DNA from: an uncultured virus (IMG/VR IMGVR_UViG_3300005461_000009)
Lineage: Duplodnaviria > Heunggongvirae > Uroviricota > Caudoviricetes
Length of the DNA: 64,000 nucleotides
Virus record (IMG/VR): IMGVR_UViG_3300005461_000009
Strand: one strand, 5' to 3'
The first letter of the stretch is position 1; each line of letters begins with the position of its first letter. This document shows positions 1 through 10,731 of the stretch, one piece after another. A model generated the notes under the pieces. That model did not search any database. It had not been told where the DNA came from and saw nothing but the letters and a program-made list of their open reading frames with translations. A program made the position numbers and the translations under genes.

Positions 1-2959
1 CAAATTCCCACATATATTCATCTTTTGCATATTTTTCTTGAAACTCTATCATGTGATTCTTATATTTTTGATTCTGTTCTTCTATAAATAATTTCTCTTT
101 TGCTTTGTTATAATCTATCAGTAATGCTTCCTTATTTACTTTTTTACCGTCCCTGTAATCATCAACATTCAATCCAAAAGGTATAAGTTTTGAATATGGA
201 GATGGCAATGTAGTTACTGGCTTATATTCTTTTCTTTCAAAAAGTCTATTTGCATATTTCTTCAAAGAAAGCATTTTATCTTTTGTTGGAATAGCACCAG
301 CTTTAATTAGTGTAATGATTGCTGTCTTATCAGCAACTTTCTCAATAAAATCATTCATACTCTGATATGGCCTATTTTCAATAATCTTATCAACAATAGA
401 CTCGCCAAGACCTTTTACAGCCAATAATCCAAACAAAATCTCATTATTTTCTGGTAGGGCAGTAAACTCAATATCTGATTTATTAACATTTGGTGGAGAC
501 ACTTTGATACCCAATCTCTTGCAGTCGTTGATTACGATACTAATTTTCTGTACCTTGTCGCTTTTAGATGTAAGTAGTGCTGCCATAAAATAAATTGTGT
601 AGTGAGTTTTCAAATATGCAGTAAGATAAGATAATAGACCATATGCAACAGCGTGACCACGATTAAAACAATATTCTGCCTGTTTTAGCATTAACTGCCA
701 AATCTCAATCAACTGTTCATTGTTCCATCCTTTTTGAGTAAGACCAGCTCTGAAATCTACTTCAAGCTGTTCCATTACTTCTTTCTTTTTCTTACCGATA
801 GCTCTTCTTGCATTATCAACCTGTTCTTCTGGGAACCCTGCGTGTCTGAATAATTGCAATGCCTGTTCCTGATACAGCAATATATAATGTGTTTTTCCAA
901 ACAACTCTCTTAAATCTTCATGCAAAATGCTTACATTTTCTGGATTTAGTTTATTTTGACAATATGTTGGAAAACTCTCTTTTGTTCCTGGACGATTGGC
1001 TGCATTGACAACAATAACATCCTCTACATTATCCGCTTTTGCTTCAATACACATTCGTCTTCCTTCTGCCGATTCCATCTGAAAGATACCAACTGTATTG
1101 CCATTCTTATATACTTTTTCAAAAACTTCTTTATCTTCTAAATTCAAATGGTTAATATCAACATCATCCCATGTAATACCAGCCATTTTTAGCGTGTCAT
1201 CAACAATATCAAGAGTCTCCAGACCAAGATAGTCCATCTTGACAAGCCCCAAATCATCCATAGCATTATGCATCTCTAACTCGATCATAATATTTTTTTC
1301 AGAATCATAACATAATGGACAATAATCTGTAACTGGAGTAGGTGTTATAAGTGTTCCTGCTGCGTGTCTTCCCATTGACTTAGGTAAACCCTCAACATCC
1401 ATGACATACTTGAACCAAAGTGGGAACTTTTCATATACTTCTTTCAACTTTTCATTCTTATTGAGAATATCTTTGAGCAGAACGTCTTTCTCTTCCTCTT
1501 CTCCTAAATCATTTAGCGTCTTGATTGTAGGGATCATCTTTGCAACTTCGTCACGCAATTTATACGGAATCTGTTTGTAGTATGGGGAATAGTCTTTCTC
1601 GTCCAATACCTTTCCAATATCACGAATTGCAACTTTTGTACTTAGTGTATTGAATGTAGCAATAGGAGCCACGTTTTCTTTCCCAAATAACTCCTCAGAT
1701 ATTTCAACCATTTCTTTTCTTCTTCGCTTTGATATGTCCCAGTCGAAATCTGCCATAGATTTTCTGCCAAGGTTTGCGAAACGTGAAAAGTCTAAATCCC
1801 ATCTAACACTGTCTATCTGTGTCACATTCAACATAAATAGACATAAACAGTTTGCTCCTGAACCTCTGGAATACCCCAATGGTATTTTTCTTTTTCTTGC
1901 CTCTTTTGCAAGCATATACAGCATAATGAAATAATCCGTATAGTCAACTGCATATAATACTGGCAGTTCTGTTTCAAGCCTTTGTCTTCTTATCTCCTGA
2001 TCTTCCTTAGACATATGACCAAATTTTTCATTAAAGGTTTTGAATACCAAATATCTCAAATATTCTTCGTGATTATCATAGCCATTTTCAATATTTATTT
2101 TTGGCATGATGTTACCTTTATTCAGACCAATATCAATGTTTTCAATAATGTCTGTTATATTTACAGACTCTTCAATGCCTTTTCTTATAATGTCTTCTGA
2201 AAATTGGTCAGATAACTTTTCGTATATCTCATTCTCAGTCTGTAAATAGCAGTCTGTATAACTTTCTCCCACTTCTCTCCCTTCCCCTATTTCAACAAAC
2301 ATTGCGTGTGATTCTTTGAAGGAATCACTTAACATATGTGCGTCTGTCGTAATCGTATATGGCAGATTGTGTTTCTGTGAGAAATCATAAATCAGTTGAT
2401 TTGCATTTGCCTGATCTTCTGTATTATGTGATTGAAGTTCGCAAACGACATAATCAAATGTATTTTTCAGTTTATTAATATATTGTTCTGCTTCTTCATA
2501 TTTGTCATTTACAAGGTATCTACTCAACCGCCCAGCTTGACAAGCTGTTAAGCAGATAATACCTTTCCCAAGACCATTTTCTTGTATATACTTAATATCA
2601 ATTCTTGGTTTCTTATAAAGACCCTCTGTTCTTGATACAGATGTGATTTTGATAAGGTTTTTATATCCTTCCTGAGTCCTTGCAAGTAAAATTAAATGAT
2701 AGCGTGGCTGAGTGTACTCTTTTGTATCTGCCTTTTTCCACATATCATCTACTTCATAAATCTCATTTCCGATTATGGGTTTAATATTATATTTATTGCA
2801 CTCTTTAACAAAATCTACAAATGAAGCCATACTCCCATGATCCGTTATAGCCATAGCTTTCATACCGTTTTCACTTGCAAATTTAACAGCCTCTTCAACA
2901 GTCAATATGGAATCTAACAGAGAACCTTTAGTTGTATGTATATGTAAAAGTGTAAACAA
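1..2959 (-). CDS. dnaE: DNA polymerase III alpha subunit (DnaE); 3' end runs off the window
   Basis: Not in the ORF track (no stop in the window). Read by hand from TTG at 2959 after AGGTG: MFTLLHIHTTKGSLLDS, AITDHG (PHP domain), SRGSGA, ADFDWD, GRHAAG, KMDYLGL, FNRGHA, all in one frame down to position 2. Confidence 0.93.
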   Translation of the reverse strand, partial: MFTLLHIHTTKGSLLDSILTVEEAVKFASENGMKAMAITDHGSMASFVDFVKECNKYNIKPIIGNEIYEVDDMWKKADTKEYTQPRYHLILLARTQEGYKNLIKITSVSRTEGLYKKPRIDIKYIQENGLGKGIICLTACQAGRLSRYLVNDKYEEAEQYINKLKNTFDYVVCELQSHNTEDQANANQLIYDFSQKHNLPYTITTDAHMLSDSFKESHAMFVEIGEGREVGESYTDCYLQTENEIYEKLSDQFSEDIIRKGIEESVNITDIIENIDIGLNKGNIMPKINIENGYDNHEEYLRYLVFKTFNEKFGHMSKEDQEIRRQRLETELPVLYAVDYTDYFIMLYMLAKEARKRKIPLGYSRGSGANCLCLFMLNVTQIDSVRWDLDFSRFANLGRKSMADFDWDISKRRRKEMVEISEELFGKENVAPIATFNTLSTKVAIRDIGKVLDEKDYSPYYKQIPYKLRDEVAKMIPTIKTLNDLGEEEEKDVLLKDILNKNEKLKEVYEKFPLWFKYVMDVEGLPKSMGRHAAGTLITPTPVTDYCPLCYDSEKNIMIELEMHNAMDDLGLVKMDYLGLETLDIVDDTLKMAGITWDDVDINHLNLEDKEVFEKVYKNGNTVGIFQMESAEGRRMCIEAKADNVEDVIVVNAANRPGTKESFPTYCQNKLNPENVSILHEDLRELFGKTHYILLYQEQALQLFRHAGFPEEQVDNARRAIGKKKKEVMEQLEVDFRAGLTQKGWNNEQLIEIWQLMLKQAEYCFNRGHAVAYGLLSYLTAYLKTHYTIYFMAALLTSKSDKVQKISIVINDCKRLGIKVSPPNVNKSDIEFTALPENNEILFGLLAVKGLGESIVDKIIENRPYQSMNDFIEKVADKTAIITLIKAGAIPTKDKMLSLKKYANRLFERKEYKPVTTLPSPYSKLIPFGLNVDDYRDGKKVNKEALLIDYNKAKEKLFIEEQNQKYKNHMIEFQEKYAKDEYMWEF

Positions 2960-2967
2960 TCAATCAC

Positions 2968-4743
2968 CTACCATTCTTCCTCGTCATCTGAATTATTCGT
3001 ACTTACCACCACAACATCTTCTATAATTATTTGCGGTGTTATGACACCGTTATATTCGTTAATTGATGGTTTCCCCACAATATTAAAGACAACACTATCA
3101 TTTTCATCCCAGGCATTTTGAAGCCAGTCATACAGTTGATTACCTTCTTTACATTTGAATTGGATATATTTAATATCATCAATCATAAAACTGATGGTAT
3201 CTTCATTTTTACCAAATATCTCAAACTGTTCTTTTGCAAGGCTGATATTTTCAACAGCAAGCATTGGTTCCTCAATACCTTGTCCAATAATATCCTCAAG
3301 CCTTGCTAATTCAGTAACAATTTTTATATTCACATCATCAATGTCCATAATGAAATCAACTCGGTATGTAGAATCATACTCGACATCTCGCAAAATATCA
3401 TTGAGTCTATTTAATGCGTCATCTTTTTTATCTATCTCTAAACCGACAACACCGAAAGCATTGGCATGACCTCTACCATCCAATATATTTGTACTGTTGA
3501 CTATATCCTTGAAACTATCAATAGGACTGTTATCAATATTTCTCGCACTACCGCCATATGTAATCTTCCCTGTTTTCTTATCTAAAAATTTGTTTAGTAA
3601 GATACATGGTTTATTAAACATTTCAGCAATTTTAATAGCAACAACGCCAGTTAAGCCATTATCAAGAATATCAGAGGTATCAATCATAACAACTTTATCT
3701 TCTTGTGGAATATGTCGTGCAATCTCTGCAATTTGTGATACACATTTTTCTTTTTGCTTATCTTGTCTACTTTTTGCATTCTTGCAAAGTCTGGCTGCCC
3801 TATCATATATACTTTCCTGTATTGTTTCAGCAGGTTTATCTTTAGTGGCACGTTTCTTATATTCAAAAAACTCATCCTGTTCAATAAATGCTCTAAATAG
3901 TAATTCTTTTTCCTCTGGGGAACCGATTCTAATCATCCCATTTAAGATAGGTGTAATATACCACTGTACGTTATGCACATTGATTTTGCCACTCATACTA
4001 TAATCCTGTGCATCTATAAGAGCTTTAAAACACTTATTTTGAATATTTAATAACCCCATGTCTGTTAAATAGCGTGTTTCAAAAGAACGCATATCCATTA
4101 CATCACTGATATTCGCCAATGCGCACAAATCTAAATAATCATCTGCAAATTCATCCCAATTTTCTTCATCCAATGCTTGAAGGAAACGATATACAACTCC
4201 AGCTCCGCACAAATTTTTATTGGAATAATCATTACTCATTTGATTATTGACAATCAGTGCATATGGATTATTTTCTTCCTTTTCATGATGATCTAAAATC
4301 AAAATATCAATACCACTCCCAGATAATTCTTTACACTGCTCATTATCATTTGTTCCGGCATCTGGAATAATCAATAACTGTATATCTTTAGGAATAACTA
4401 CATCGTCTGATAACCCATGTGCCTTTGCTCTTCCATGCAATATATAACCAACAGGATATTTACTATCCATTTGTTTGATGTATAAATACATCATTGCTGC
4501 AGAACAAAATCCGTCTGGATCTTCATCCACCAATATTCCAATCTTACTTTTTTGATTAAAATGCTTCATGAATAGATTTACTGCTTCTTCAATATGGTCT
4601 AAATTCTGATATGGTTCAACGACACTCTCATTTAAGTTTAAATATCTGTTATAATCATCTATTCCTCTATTTTTAAGAACTTCTGCTAACACATTAGAAG
4701 TATCATTATTTCCGTTTTCATATAATTTATATTGCAAATTCAC
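2968..4743 (-). CDS. recJ: RecJ-like DHH-family ssDNA exonuclease
   Basis: DEDPDG, PDAG, LDHH, ISDVMD, GSAR and GHANAFG motifs of DHH/DHHA1; lies next to dnaE as in SPbeta-type replication modules. Confidence 0.88.
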   Translation of the reverse strand: MNLQYKLYENGNNDTSNVLAEVLKNRGIDDYNRYLNLNESVVEPYQNLDHIEEAVNLFMKHFNQKSKIGILVDEDPDGFCSAAMMYLYIKQMDSKYPVGYILHGRAKAHGLSDDVVIPKDIQLLIIPDAGTNDNEQCKELSGSGIDILILDHHEKEENNPYALIVNNQMSNDYSNKNLCGAGVVYRFLQALDEENWDEFADDYLDLCALANISDVMDMRSFETRYLTDMGLLNIQNKCFKALIDAQDYSMSGKINVHNVQWYITPILNGMIRIGSPEEKELLFRAFIEQDEFFEYKKRATKDKPAETIQESIYDRAARLCKNAKSRQDKQKEKCVSQIAEIARHIPQEDKVVMIDTSDILDNGLTGVVAIKIAEMFNKPCILLNKFLDKKTGKITYGGSARNIDNSPIDSFKDIVNSTNILDGRGHANAFGVVGLEIDKKDDALNRLNDILRDVEYDSTYRVDFIMDIDDVNIKIVTELARLEDIIGQGIEEPMLAVENISLAKEQFEIFGKNEDTISFMIDDIKYIQFKCKEGNQLYDWLQNAWDENDSVVFNIVGKPSINEYNGVITPQIIIEDVVVVSTNNSDDEEEW

Positions 4744-4749
4744 ACCTCT

Positions 4750-5775
4750 CTATCTCAATTTGTAAACATTATGTTCTACCATATACTGCCACTTTGTAGG
4801 GTTATCCGAAGGTGATTCATGTTCGTTCAAAACATTGTCTTCATCATATATATAGAACAGAGGAACCCCATCAGGAAATCTATCAGCTAACTTTTCCAAT
4901 CCATCTTTTGTAACATCCTTATCAAAACAGAAAATAATCATTACTCCAAGCCTAACAAGCATATCTATCTGATGTTGTGATAATTCCTTGCCTCCAGTTC
5001 CTCCACTATTTCTATATCCATAACTCCATAGCTGTTGTGAAAATTTCTCACTTTCTCCTACAAATATCTTTCCAGATGATTTTATATAATCAATAGTCTT
5101 ATATAATCCATAAATAATTTTCGATCTTGCACATGGTTCTAAATAAATATATTTGTTTTCTCCTTCAGGAACTTCTCTATAAAAATATCTTCCTTTAATT
5201 CCTACCAAATCACCAAGCTCTGAGCGAATAGGAATTGTGTATCTGTTACTTTCTTCATCAAAGCCAATCTCAAATTCTTTTTGCGTGGAATAATCTATGT
5301 TATCTTCATAAAACAAATCGTTTCCATATCTTTTATAATAGGAAAGCACACTTTCACTGATTGGTTTTAATGGTTTCTCTTTTTCTATATTTGTATTAGA
5401 ACTCATGTCATCTATCATTTTCAGAATCTTAAAACTTTCTGGAATGTCTTCTTCAAAGTCGTGGTAATAAGACATTCCAATTTCATCACATATAAACTGC
5501 AAACCTTTAGGGAAAGTTAAATCCTTTGTATAACACACCAAATCAATAATATCTGTTTTTCGATTAGTTCTAATCATCTGTCTTGTATAGTTCTGACACA
5601 TTAAATATTCGCTGTTATATAAAACAATTGCCCCATTGTTATCTCCTGTTGCGTTTGCACAAGTCCAATAGCCGTTTGAAGCATGATATTTGATATGGTG
5701 GCAACCAATGGATTCTAGGATTTGCTCAACATATCTGTTTTCATATATGTAATTCTTTAATTCTTTTACATCCAA
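4750..5775 (-). CDS. DNA primase (TOPRIM), phage type
   Basis: TIPIR..G..VGIKGR, VGESEK and FDKD TOPRIM-like motifs; lies between the helicase and RecJ. Confidence 0.75.
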   Translation of the reverse strand: MDVKELKNYIYENRYVEQILESIGCHHIKYHASNGYWTCANATGDNNGAIVLYNSEYLMCQNYTRQMIRTNRKTDIIDLVCYTKDLTFPKGLQFICDEIGMSYYHDFEEDIPESFKILKMIDDMSSNTNIEKEKPLKPISESVLSYYKRYGNDLFYEDNIDYSTQKEFEIGFDEESNRYTIPIRSELGDLVGIKGRYFYREVPEGENKYIYLEPCARSKIIYGLYKTIDYIKSSGKIFVGESEKFSQQLWSYGYRNSGGTGGKELSQHQIDMLVRLGVMIIFCFDKDVTKDGLEKLADRFPDGVPLFYIYDEDNVLNEHESPSDNPTKWQYMVEHNVYKLR

Positions 5776-5790
5776 GTGCCACCCTCCAAA

Positions 5791-7338
5791 TTATTCTGTA
5801 CTTTTCGGTTTTTTAATGATATAACCTATATTTCTCCAAATATTAAAATTGAGATCTATTTCAAACAACATAACTTTGTCTTTACTACCAGCCCTGTTTT
5901 TATCAGGTTTAATACAAAAGTATTGCTTTTTTAAGTCTAAATCTTCTGTAACAGGCTCACCCCAACTATCATTTTCAGCAACCATTTGATATTTGTGATA
6001 TTCGTCCTTATTCAGTTTCTTACCAATATTCAAGATGTCAGCAACGTGCTTTATCTGCTTTGCATTTGCAATATTGTTACTACTTAGACTAAAAATATCT
6101 GTAAACACAGTATCATCGCTCAACTGGAATACCGCATAACCACTCATTCTTAATTCTTTTGTCAATTCTTTCAGTCTTGTGGCGAACTGTTTTATTTGTG
6201 ACCAATCATCTGTGTTATACCCTTTTAATGTGTCATATCCATAATATTTGATGTTTTGAACCATCTTTGCTTTACGCAGTTCAAACTCAATCTGCTCTGG
6301 ACTGTAATCATTACCAACATCTTTAAACAGCACTTTACCCTTACGGTCAGAGCTGTCGATCCATTCTGTTACAGTTTTTACTTGCCAATATTCGTCTGAT
6401 TCTGACTGTACTCTTTTAATATATTCTTCATTAGATTCTATATAGATACCAAAATCATCTATTTTTCTTCTAATGATTTCTCCCTTTTTATCATGGTACA
6501 CACCAAGAACAATTTCTTTCTCTGGCTTTTCAAGTACAACACCATGTAAATCCTGAAATTCCTTATTGTTGATTACCGTTGTTATTAAACAGCTTCTCAA
6601 ATCTTCTTCATCCATTTCATTACTCATAAGAAAAAAATTTTCATTCTGTACAAGCGCAACATAGGCTGCTAATAATACCAGTTTTCTTGTTTTGCCCTCA
6701 TTAGACAAGAAACCTTCAAATAACAGTTTTGTATCTCTCATACCAAGGAAATATTCATTATACATATACCAGGGAAACGGTAAACCGAAATTTGGCTTTT
6801 CAAGATACTTATCAATCTGTATTGTGTTATTATCTGTAAGTTCTACTGCCTCTTCTCCTGCATTGATTACTGTGTGTATTTTGTCTGCCTTTGTGCGGAT
6901 AATTCTATATATATCATTGGGTGACATCTTATCGAAGTTCTTATGAGACAGAATCTTTTCAACTGGGAATCCATTTCTTCCATATTCCCTTACAAGAGAA
7001 TACTTTTTGACTGTATCAAAATAATTCTTACAGTCGTTTTCATCTGCAAGATTCATATATTGCTGTATAGTTTTCCAACCTTTGTATTGTTTATATGTGC
7101 TTAATCTTTCTGAATTCTGACTCATAAACACATTCATTTTTGTCTCATCTACTGTCTGTGAAAAAGTCAAATAATATGTTTCAAAACTGTCATAAAAGAA
7201 TTTTACTGCCGGATCTGAGAAGTCGTATTTGCTTCTCATAAAATTACCATAATTAACAAATGAATCAGGATCTTTTAGTAGTGCGCCTACGAAGCATATC
7301 TCAGCTTGTATGTTTGAAGCACTATGTTCTTCTGCCAA
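5791..7338 (-). CDS. Replicative DnaB-like helicase
   Basis: N-terminal AE..FVGALL, variant Walker A NEGKT, SNEM, YDTLK, FQL, KNRAG; operon context. Confidence 0.75.
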   Translation of the reverse strand: MAEEHSASNIQAEICFVGALLKDPDSFVNYGNFMRSKYDFSDPAVKFFYDSFETYYLTFSQTVDETKMNVFMSQNSERLSTYKQYKGWKTIQQYMNLADENDCKNYFDTVKKYSLVREYGRNGFPVEKILSHKNFDKMSPNDIYRIIRTKADKIHTVINAGEEAVELTDNNTIQIDKYLEKPNFGLPFPWYMYNEYFLGMRDTKLLFEGFLSNEGKTRKLVLLAAYVALVQNENFFLMSNEMDEEDLRSCLITTVINNKEFQDLHGVVLEKPEKEIVLGVYHDKKGEIIRRKIDDFGIYIESNEEYIKRVQSESDEYWQVKTVTEWIDSSDRKGKVLFKDVGNDYSPEQIEFELRKAKMVQNIKYYGYDTLKGYNTDDWSQIKQFATRLKELTKELRMSGYAVFQLSDDTVFTDIFSLSSNNIANAKQIKHVADILNIGKKLNKDEYHKYQMVAENDSWGEPVTEDLDLKKQYFCIKPDKNRAGSKDKVMLFEIDLNFNIWRNIGYIIKKPKSTE

Positions 7339-7355
7339 TCAATTATCACCACCAA

Positions 7356-8048
7356 TCATCCGAAAATATCATCAACCAAAGCAGATATATCGTCTGAATC
7401 ATTTTTTCCAGATTTATTTGAAGCGGTATATCCAATACTTTTACCAACAATATTATCGCTTTTTTCTATTTCTTTTTCTGATGCTATAATCTTCTGTTTT
7501 TCAAGCCACTTTAAATAGCTGTCATATTTATTAATCAAAATTGATAAGTCATAGTTGATACGCTTATCAGAACTCATTACGATTCCTTTTGTTTTGTTCC
7601 TATCTTCAATACCATTCAACATATCAATCTTTCTTTTCCACATATCAAGCAAATGTTCTGGCGGTATTCCAACGGACATTCCCTTAAATGTACCATTATA
7701 AATTTCACCTAGTTTTTGCCATACAGTTGTTGGTACAATTGTGACATCATATGCATCCTTTATGAACTCGAAAACATTTTCTTTCGTAACTGACAAACTT
7801 AAATGTTGATAGGATTCTTTTCTTATCTGATCTAAATGATCCAGAATCCATGTCCATTTTTGTGAAATATCTTCTCTCTTCATTTTTGAGCGTTTGTTGC
7901 ATATATTGATAAAGCAAATACTATGATATGTTTGTTTATCATAGTAGATTGCATCGTCAATATTGTTATTGTTTATGTAAAAGTATTCTTTGCAACATCC
8001 GCATTTTCTTTTTATTCCCATGTGTTGTTCTTCTTTTATATACCGCAT
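7356..8048 (-). CDS. Hypothetical replication-module protein with N-terminal Cys/His Zn-binding motif
   Basis: CGCC...H..C; fixed position between the ATPase and helicase genes. Confidence 0.6.
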   Translation of the reverse strand: MRYIKEEQHMGIKRKCGCCKEYFYINNNNIDDAIYYDKQTYHSICFINICNKRSKMKREDISQKWTWILDHLDQIRKESYQHLSLSVTKENVFEFIKDAYDVTIVPTTVWQKLGEIYNGTFKGMSVGIPPEHLLDMWKRKIDMLNGIEDRNKTKGIVMSSDKRINYDLSILINKYDSYLKWLEKQKIIASEKEIEKSDNIVGKSIGYTASNKSGKNDSDDISALVDDIFG

Positions 8049-8074
8049 TAGTCCACCTTTACATAAAAAATTGA

Positions 8075-9235
8075 TTACTGAAACATATCGAGAACTTTCT
8101 GCAAAACAGTAGCATCCGTCACATTCTTATATGCTGTAGGTAGTCCTTCTGCTTCCAACTTTTCTTTCATTGCTTTCTTTTCCATAGGTGGTAGTGCATT
8201 TCGTTTAGCAATGATTTCTTTCTTCATTGCCTCAATATCTACACCAGAATTATTTTCTTCAGCAGACTCCTCATTTGCAGGTTCGCCTACCTTACCAAGA
8301 ATCTCCTTACTATAAATGTTCTGCTCAACATCAACAGCCTTAGTCAAGTCATTTTTAACAACAAATGCCTTTTTATCTGCTGTCTTATCAATAACTGCTT
8401 GCCAATCGACCAGCGTAGGATCTTCAATTATAATGTTGTCTTCATGCGTATGTGTCCTATCCTTCTTGACATGAGCGCATACGACACCATCTTCATTTCT
8501 GAACATACGAACTTCTGTTTTGACATTGTATGTCATACCCTTAAAGCCATCAGGGATCTTTCTACCCGTTGTAACACTCATAGTAGAACCATCTGCCTGT
8601 TTAATTGTCTCTTTCTCATCTGTTTCTCTTGCGGTTACAATGTAGTGAACACCAGATGCCATCAAATCAAGAATCAAGTCCTGTCCCTTAAAGTTGATAG
8701 TCTGATAATCCTTCAGTTCCATACCGGCTCCCTCAATCTTTACAAGCCGAGCATCACCTACAAGACCGTCCTTATCAGCCTTTATCTTATTTCTCTTCTT
8801 GGAAAACTCAATCAATCCCTGTTTGGTTGTCAAATTTAAAATGCTTGTACCATCAACAACAATCGCATCTGCCCTAAAAGGTTCACCGTCTGCATCAAGA
8901 AGAACTTCATCTGTTTCATCGCCAGTCTCTTCATCAAGAACATACAAATCCTCACCATTTTTTACCTTTGCAATGTACTCCCTTACTTCTCCAAGAGACT
9001 GTGTATATACGATATAAATATTTTCAAGGTCTACACCGTTTGCTTCTAATTCACCCAAATAATCATCAATAGAACCAGTCTCAGGATCAAGATACAGTAC
9101 CCTAAACGGCTTTCCGTCTGGACGCTTGAAATATGCTAACTGCATAGCCATAGTAGATTTACCTGTAAACTGTTCTCCATATAAAATCATTCCTAACTTA
9201 CTCTGTGTTACTGACGCTTTTCTAGCCTTTGCCAT
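8075..9235 (-). CDS. AAA_24/Sak4-like P-loop ATPase (recombination/annealing)
   Basis: YGEQFTGKST Walker A, YLDPETGS, IVVDG Walker B, KKDRT. Confidence 0.75.
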   Translation of the reverse strand: MAKARKASVTQSKLGMILYGEQFTGKSTMAMQLAYFKRPDGKPFRVLYLDPETGSIDDYLGELEANGVDLENIYIVYTQSLGEVREYIAKVKNGEDLYVLDEETGDETDEVLLDADGEPFRADAIVVDGTSILNLTTKQGLIEFSKKRNKIKADKDGLVGDARLVKIEGAGMELKDYQTINFKGQDLILDLMASGVHYIVTARETDEKETIKQADGSTMSVTTGRKIPDGFKGMTYNVKTEVRMFRNEDGVVCAHVKKDRTHTHEDNIIIEDPTLVDWQAVIDKTADKKAFVVKNDLTKAVDVEQNIYSKEILGKVGEPANEESAEENNSGVDIEAMKKEIIAKRNALPPMEKKAMKEKLEAEGLPTAYKNVTDATVLQKVLDMFQ

Positions 9236-9307
9236 TAAATTACCTCCGAAATAGTATTATTTTTAAGAGTTGTGGAACGCCATCTCTGACGTTCCTTAGT
9301 CCAAGAA

Positions 9308-10378
9308 TTACTCCCAAGCTGCATCATCGTCTGCATCAAGATTGACTTCTCCCCAATCATCATTGTCAGTATCGCCACCAAAATCATTTTCAGCTTTGTT
9401 TGCCTGTGCAATCTTCGACATAGCTTCTGTAACATTTGCTTCTGTGTAAAGTTCCTTGTCAACAGTAGAACCCTTTGCGTTGGTAATGATAAATTCCCTC
9501 TTAGTAGGTGCAAGAACCTTCTCCATAGATACTTCTTCACCCCAGTTGTCATCATCATCTTCAACTGTTTCTGTCTGTGTAGACGCTACCATATGACCGC
9601 TGACCTGAATCGCATTATATGGCTTTAAGGATTTCTTGAACTTATTTGCCAAATCCTTATTCTCGATAATAAACTCAACATCCTCAATGTTGCTGTATGT
9701 AATAACCTTTGCGGATACAATAAATCTTCCAGTCGGTTTATCATTTTCCTTTTCCTGTTCAATACCCATAAACACAATTACCTGGATAAAGTCATTCTGC
9801 TGAGTGAAGTTCTCATCATTAAAATCAATTTCTGAACAAAGTGAAATCTGATTAGGAACCAACTTGGTAAATGTCTTCTTATTACCGTTGTTATCCAAGA
9901 AGCTACTATAATCAAGACTACCTCTGATAAATACACTTGCTCCATCTTTCAGATTGTCATTTACTTCCTTGCAAGCATCAAAGTCTGTCATGACCTTTTT
10001 ATCATTAACGGTCTTACCATTCTCATCTACCTTCTTCTTTACTCCAATGTTCTTACCGATAAGACGAAATCCATCACGATTATAAGAAAATCTATCTGCC
10101 CAAGGAACCTTTGCAGTTTCAGGCTTATCGCCCTTCCTTTCAGCCTTCTTTGAGAAATACACATTTTCCTGCTCCATACCCTGTAAATTAACGTAGAGTG
10201 TGCTGCCTTCAGCGTATCCAACTCCAAAGTTAATCATTCTCATATCCTTGTTGCTCTTGGTCTTAATTTCCTTATAGAAGTTTTCCTTCTCTACGCCACT
10301 AACAACGCCCTTCAACTGGAATGATCCTTTTGTCTCAGGTAAATCAAATAGTCTTCCCTTTTTCTTCGTTTCTGTCAT
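9308..10378 (-). CDS. Putative single-stranded DNA-binding protein (tandem OB-like fold, acidic aromatic-ending tail)
   Basis: First gene of the replication operon; tail DDWGEVNLDADDDAAWE; beta-rich composition. Confidence 0.6.
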   Translation of the reverse strand: MTETKKKGRLFDLPETKGSFQLKGVVSGVEKENFYKEIKTKSNKDMRMINFGVGYAEGSTLYVNLQGMEQENVYFSKKAERKGDKPETAKVPWADRFSYNRDGFRLIGKNIGVKKKVDENGKTVNDKKVMTDFDACKEVNDNLKDGASVFIRGSLDYSSFLDNNGNKKTFTKLVPNQISLCSEIDFNDENFTQQNDFIQVIVFMGIEQEKENDKPTGRFIVSAKVITYSNIEDVEFIIENKDLANKFKKSLKPYNAIQVSGHMVASTQTETVEDDDDNWGEEVSMEKVLAPTKREFIITNAKGSTVDKELYTEANVTEAMSKIAQANKAENDFGGDTDNDDWGEVNLDADDDAAWE

Positions 10379-10434
10379 TAAATAAATGTCCTCCTGTAAA
10401 ATAAAATTATTAAAATATTTTCACATCATATATA

Positions 10435-10600
10435 ACTTCAACAGCCTTTTCAGACTGGAACATAGGATAGTAACTTTATGTCAATATCTATGCTAATCAG
10501 TGGTTTATGGCTAAATTAGGCGTAATTTAACTAAGGGTATGCTGTTCACCACCCAAAACGGATATAACTGTTCAGTTGTAATTATTTGGAATTGTCTACG
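10435..10600 (-). ncRNA. Candidate structured leader RNA upstream of the replication operon
   Basis: Nested stems: AACAGC(10440)/GCTGTT(10541), CATAGGATAGTAAC/GTCAATATCTATG (10461-10492), CTAAATTAG/TAATTTAAC (10511-10531). Confidence 0.4.
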
Positions 10601-10641
10601 AACTTACTTAGAATTTATTATATGTTTACACTTTATATTTC

Positions 10642-10675
10642 TCTACTTTGCAAGCTTATATACCTGCAAAGTAGA
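10642..10675. terminator. Hairpin (11-bp inverted repeat) downstream of the NACHT gene
   Basis: TCTACTTTGCA-N12-TGCAAAGTAGA. Confidence 0.4.
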
Positions 10676-10731
10676 TTAGAAGAATTTTTTACTTACAAAA
10701 CTCCTTTATAATGGCTTGTGATAGACTATAA

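Noticed and set aside
956..9017. Many plus-strand ORFs over the replication operon, and similar ones throughout the window
   Set aside because: Antisense shadows of motif-bearing minus-strand genes; no SD or recognisable motifs
9235..9564. 109-aa ORF overlapping the SSB-like gene
   Set aside because: Alternate-frame overlap of an acidic tail; no independent support
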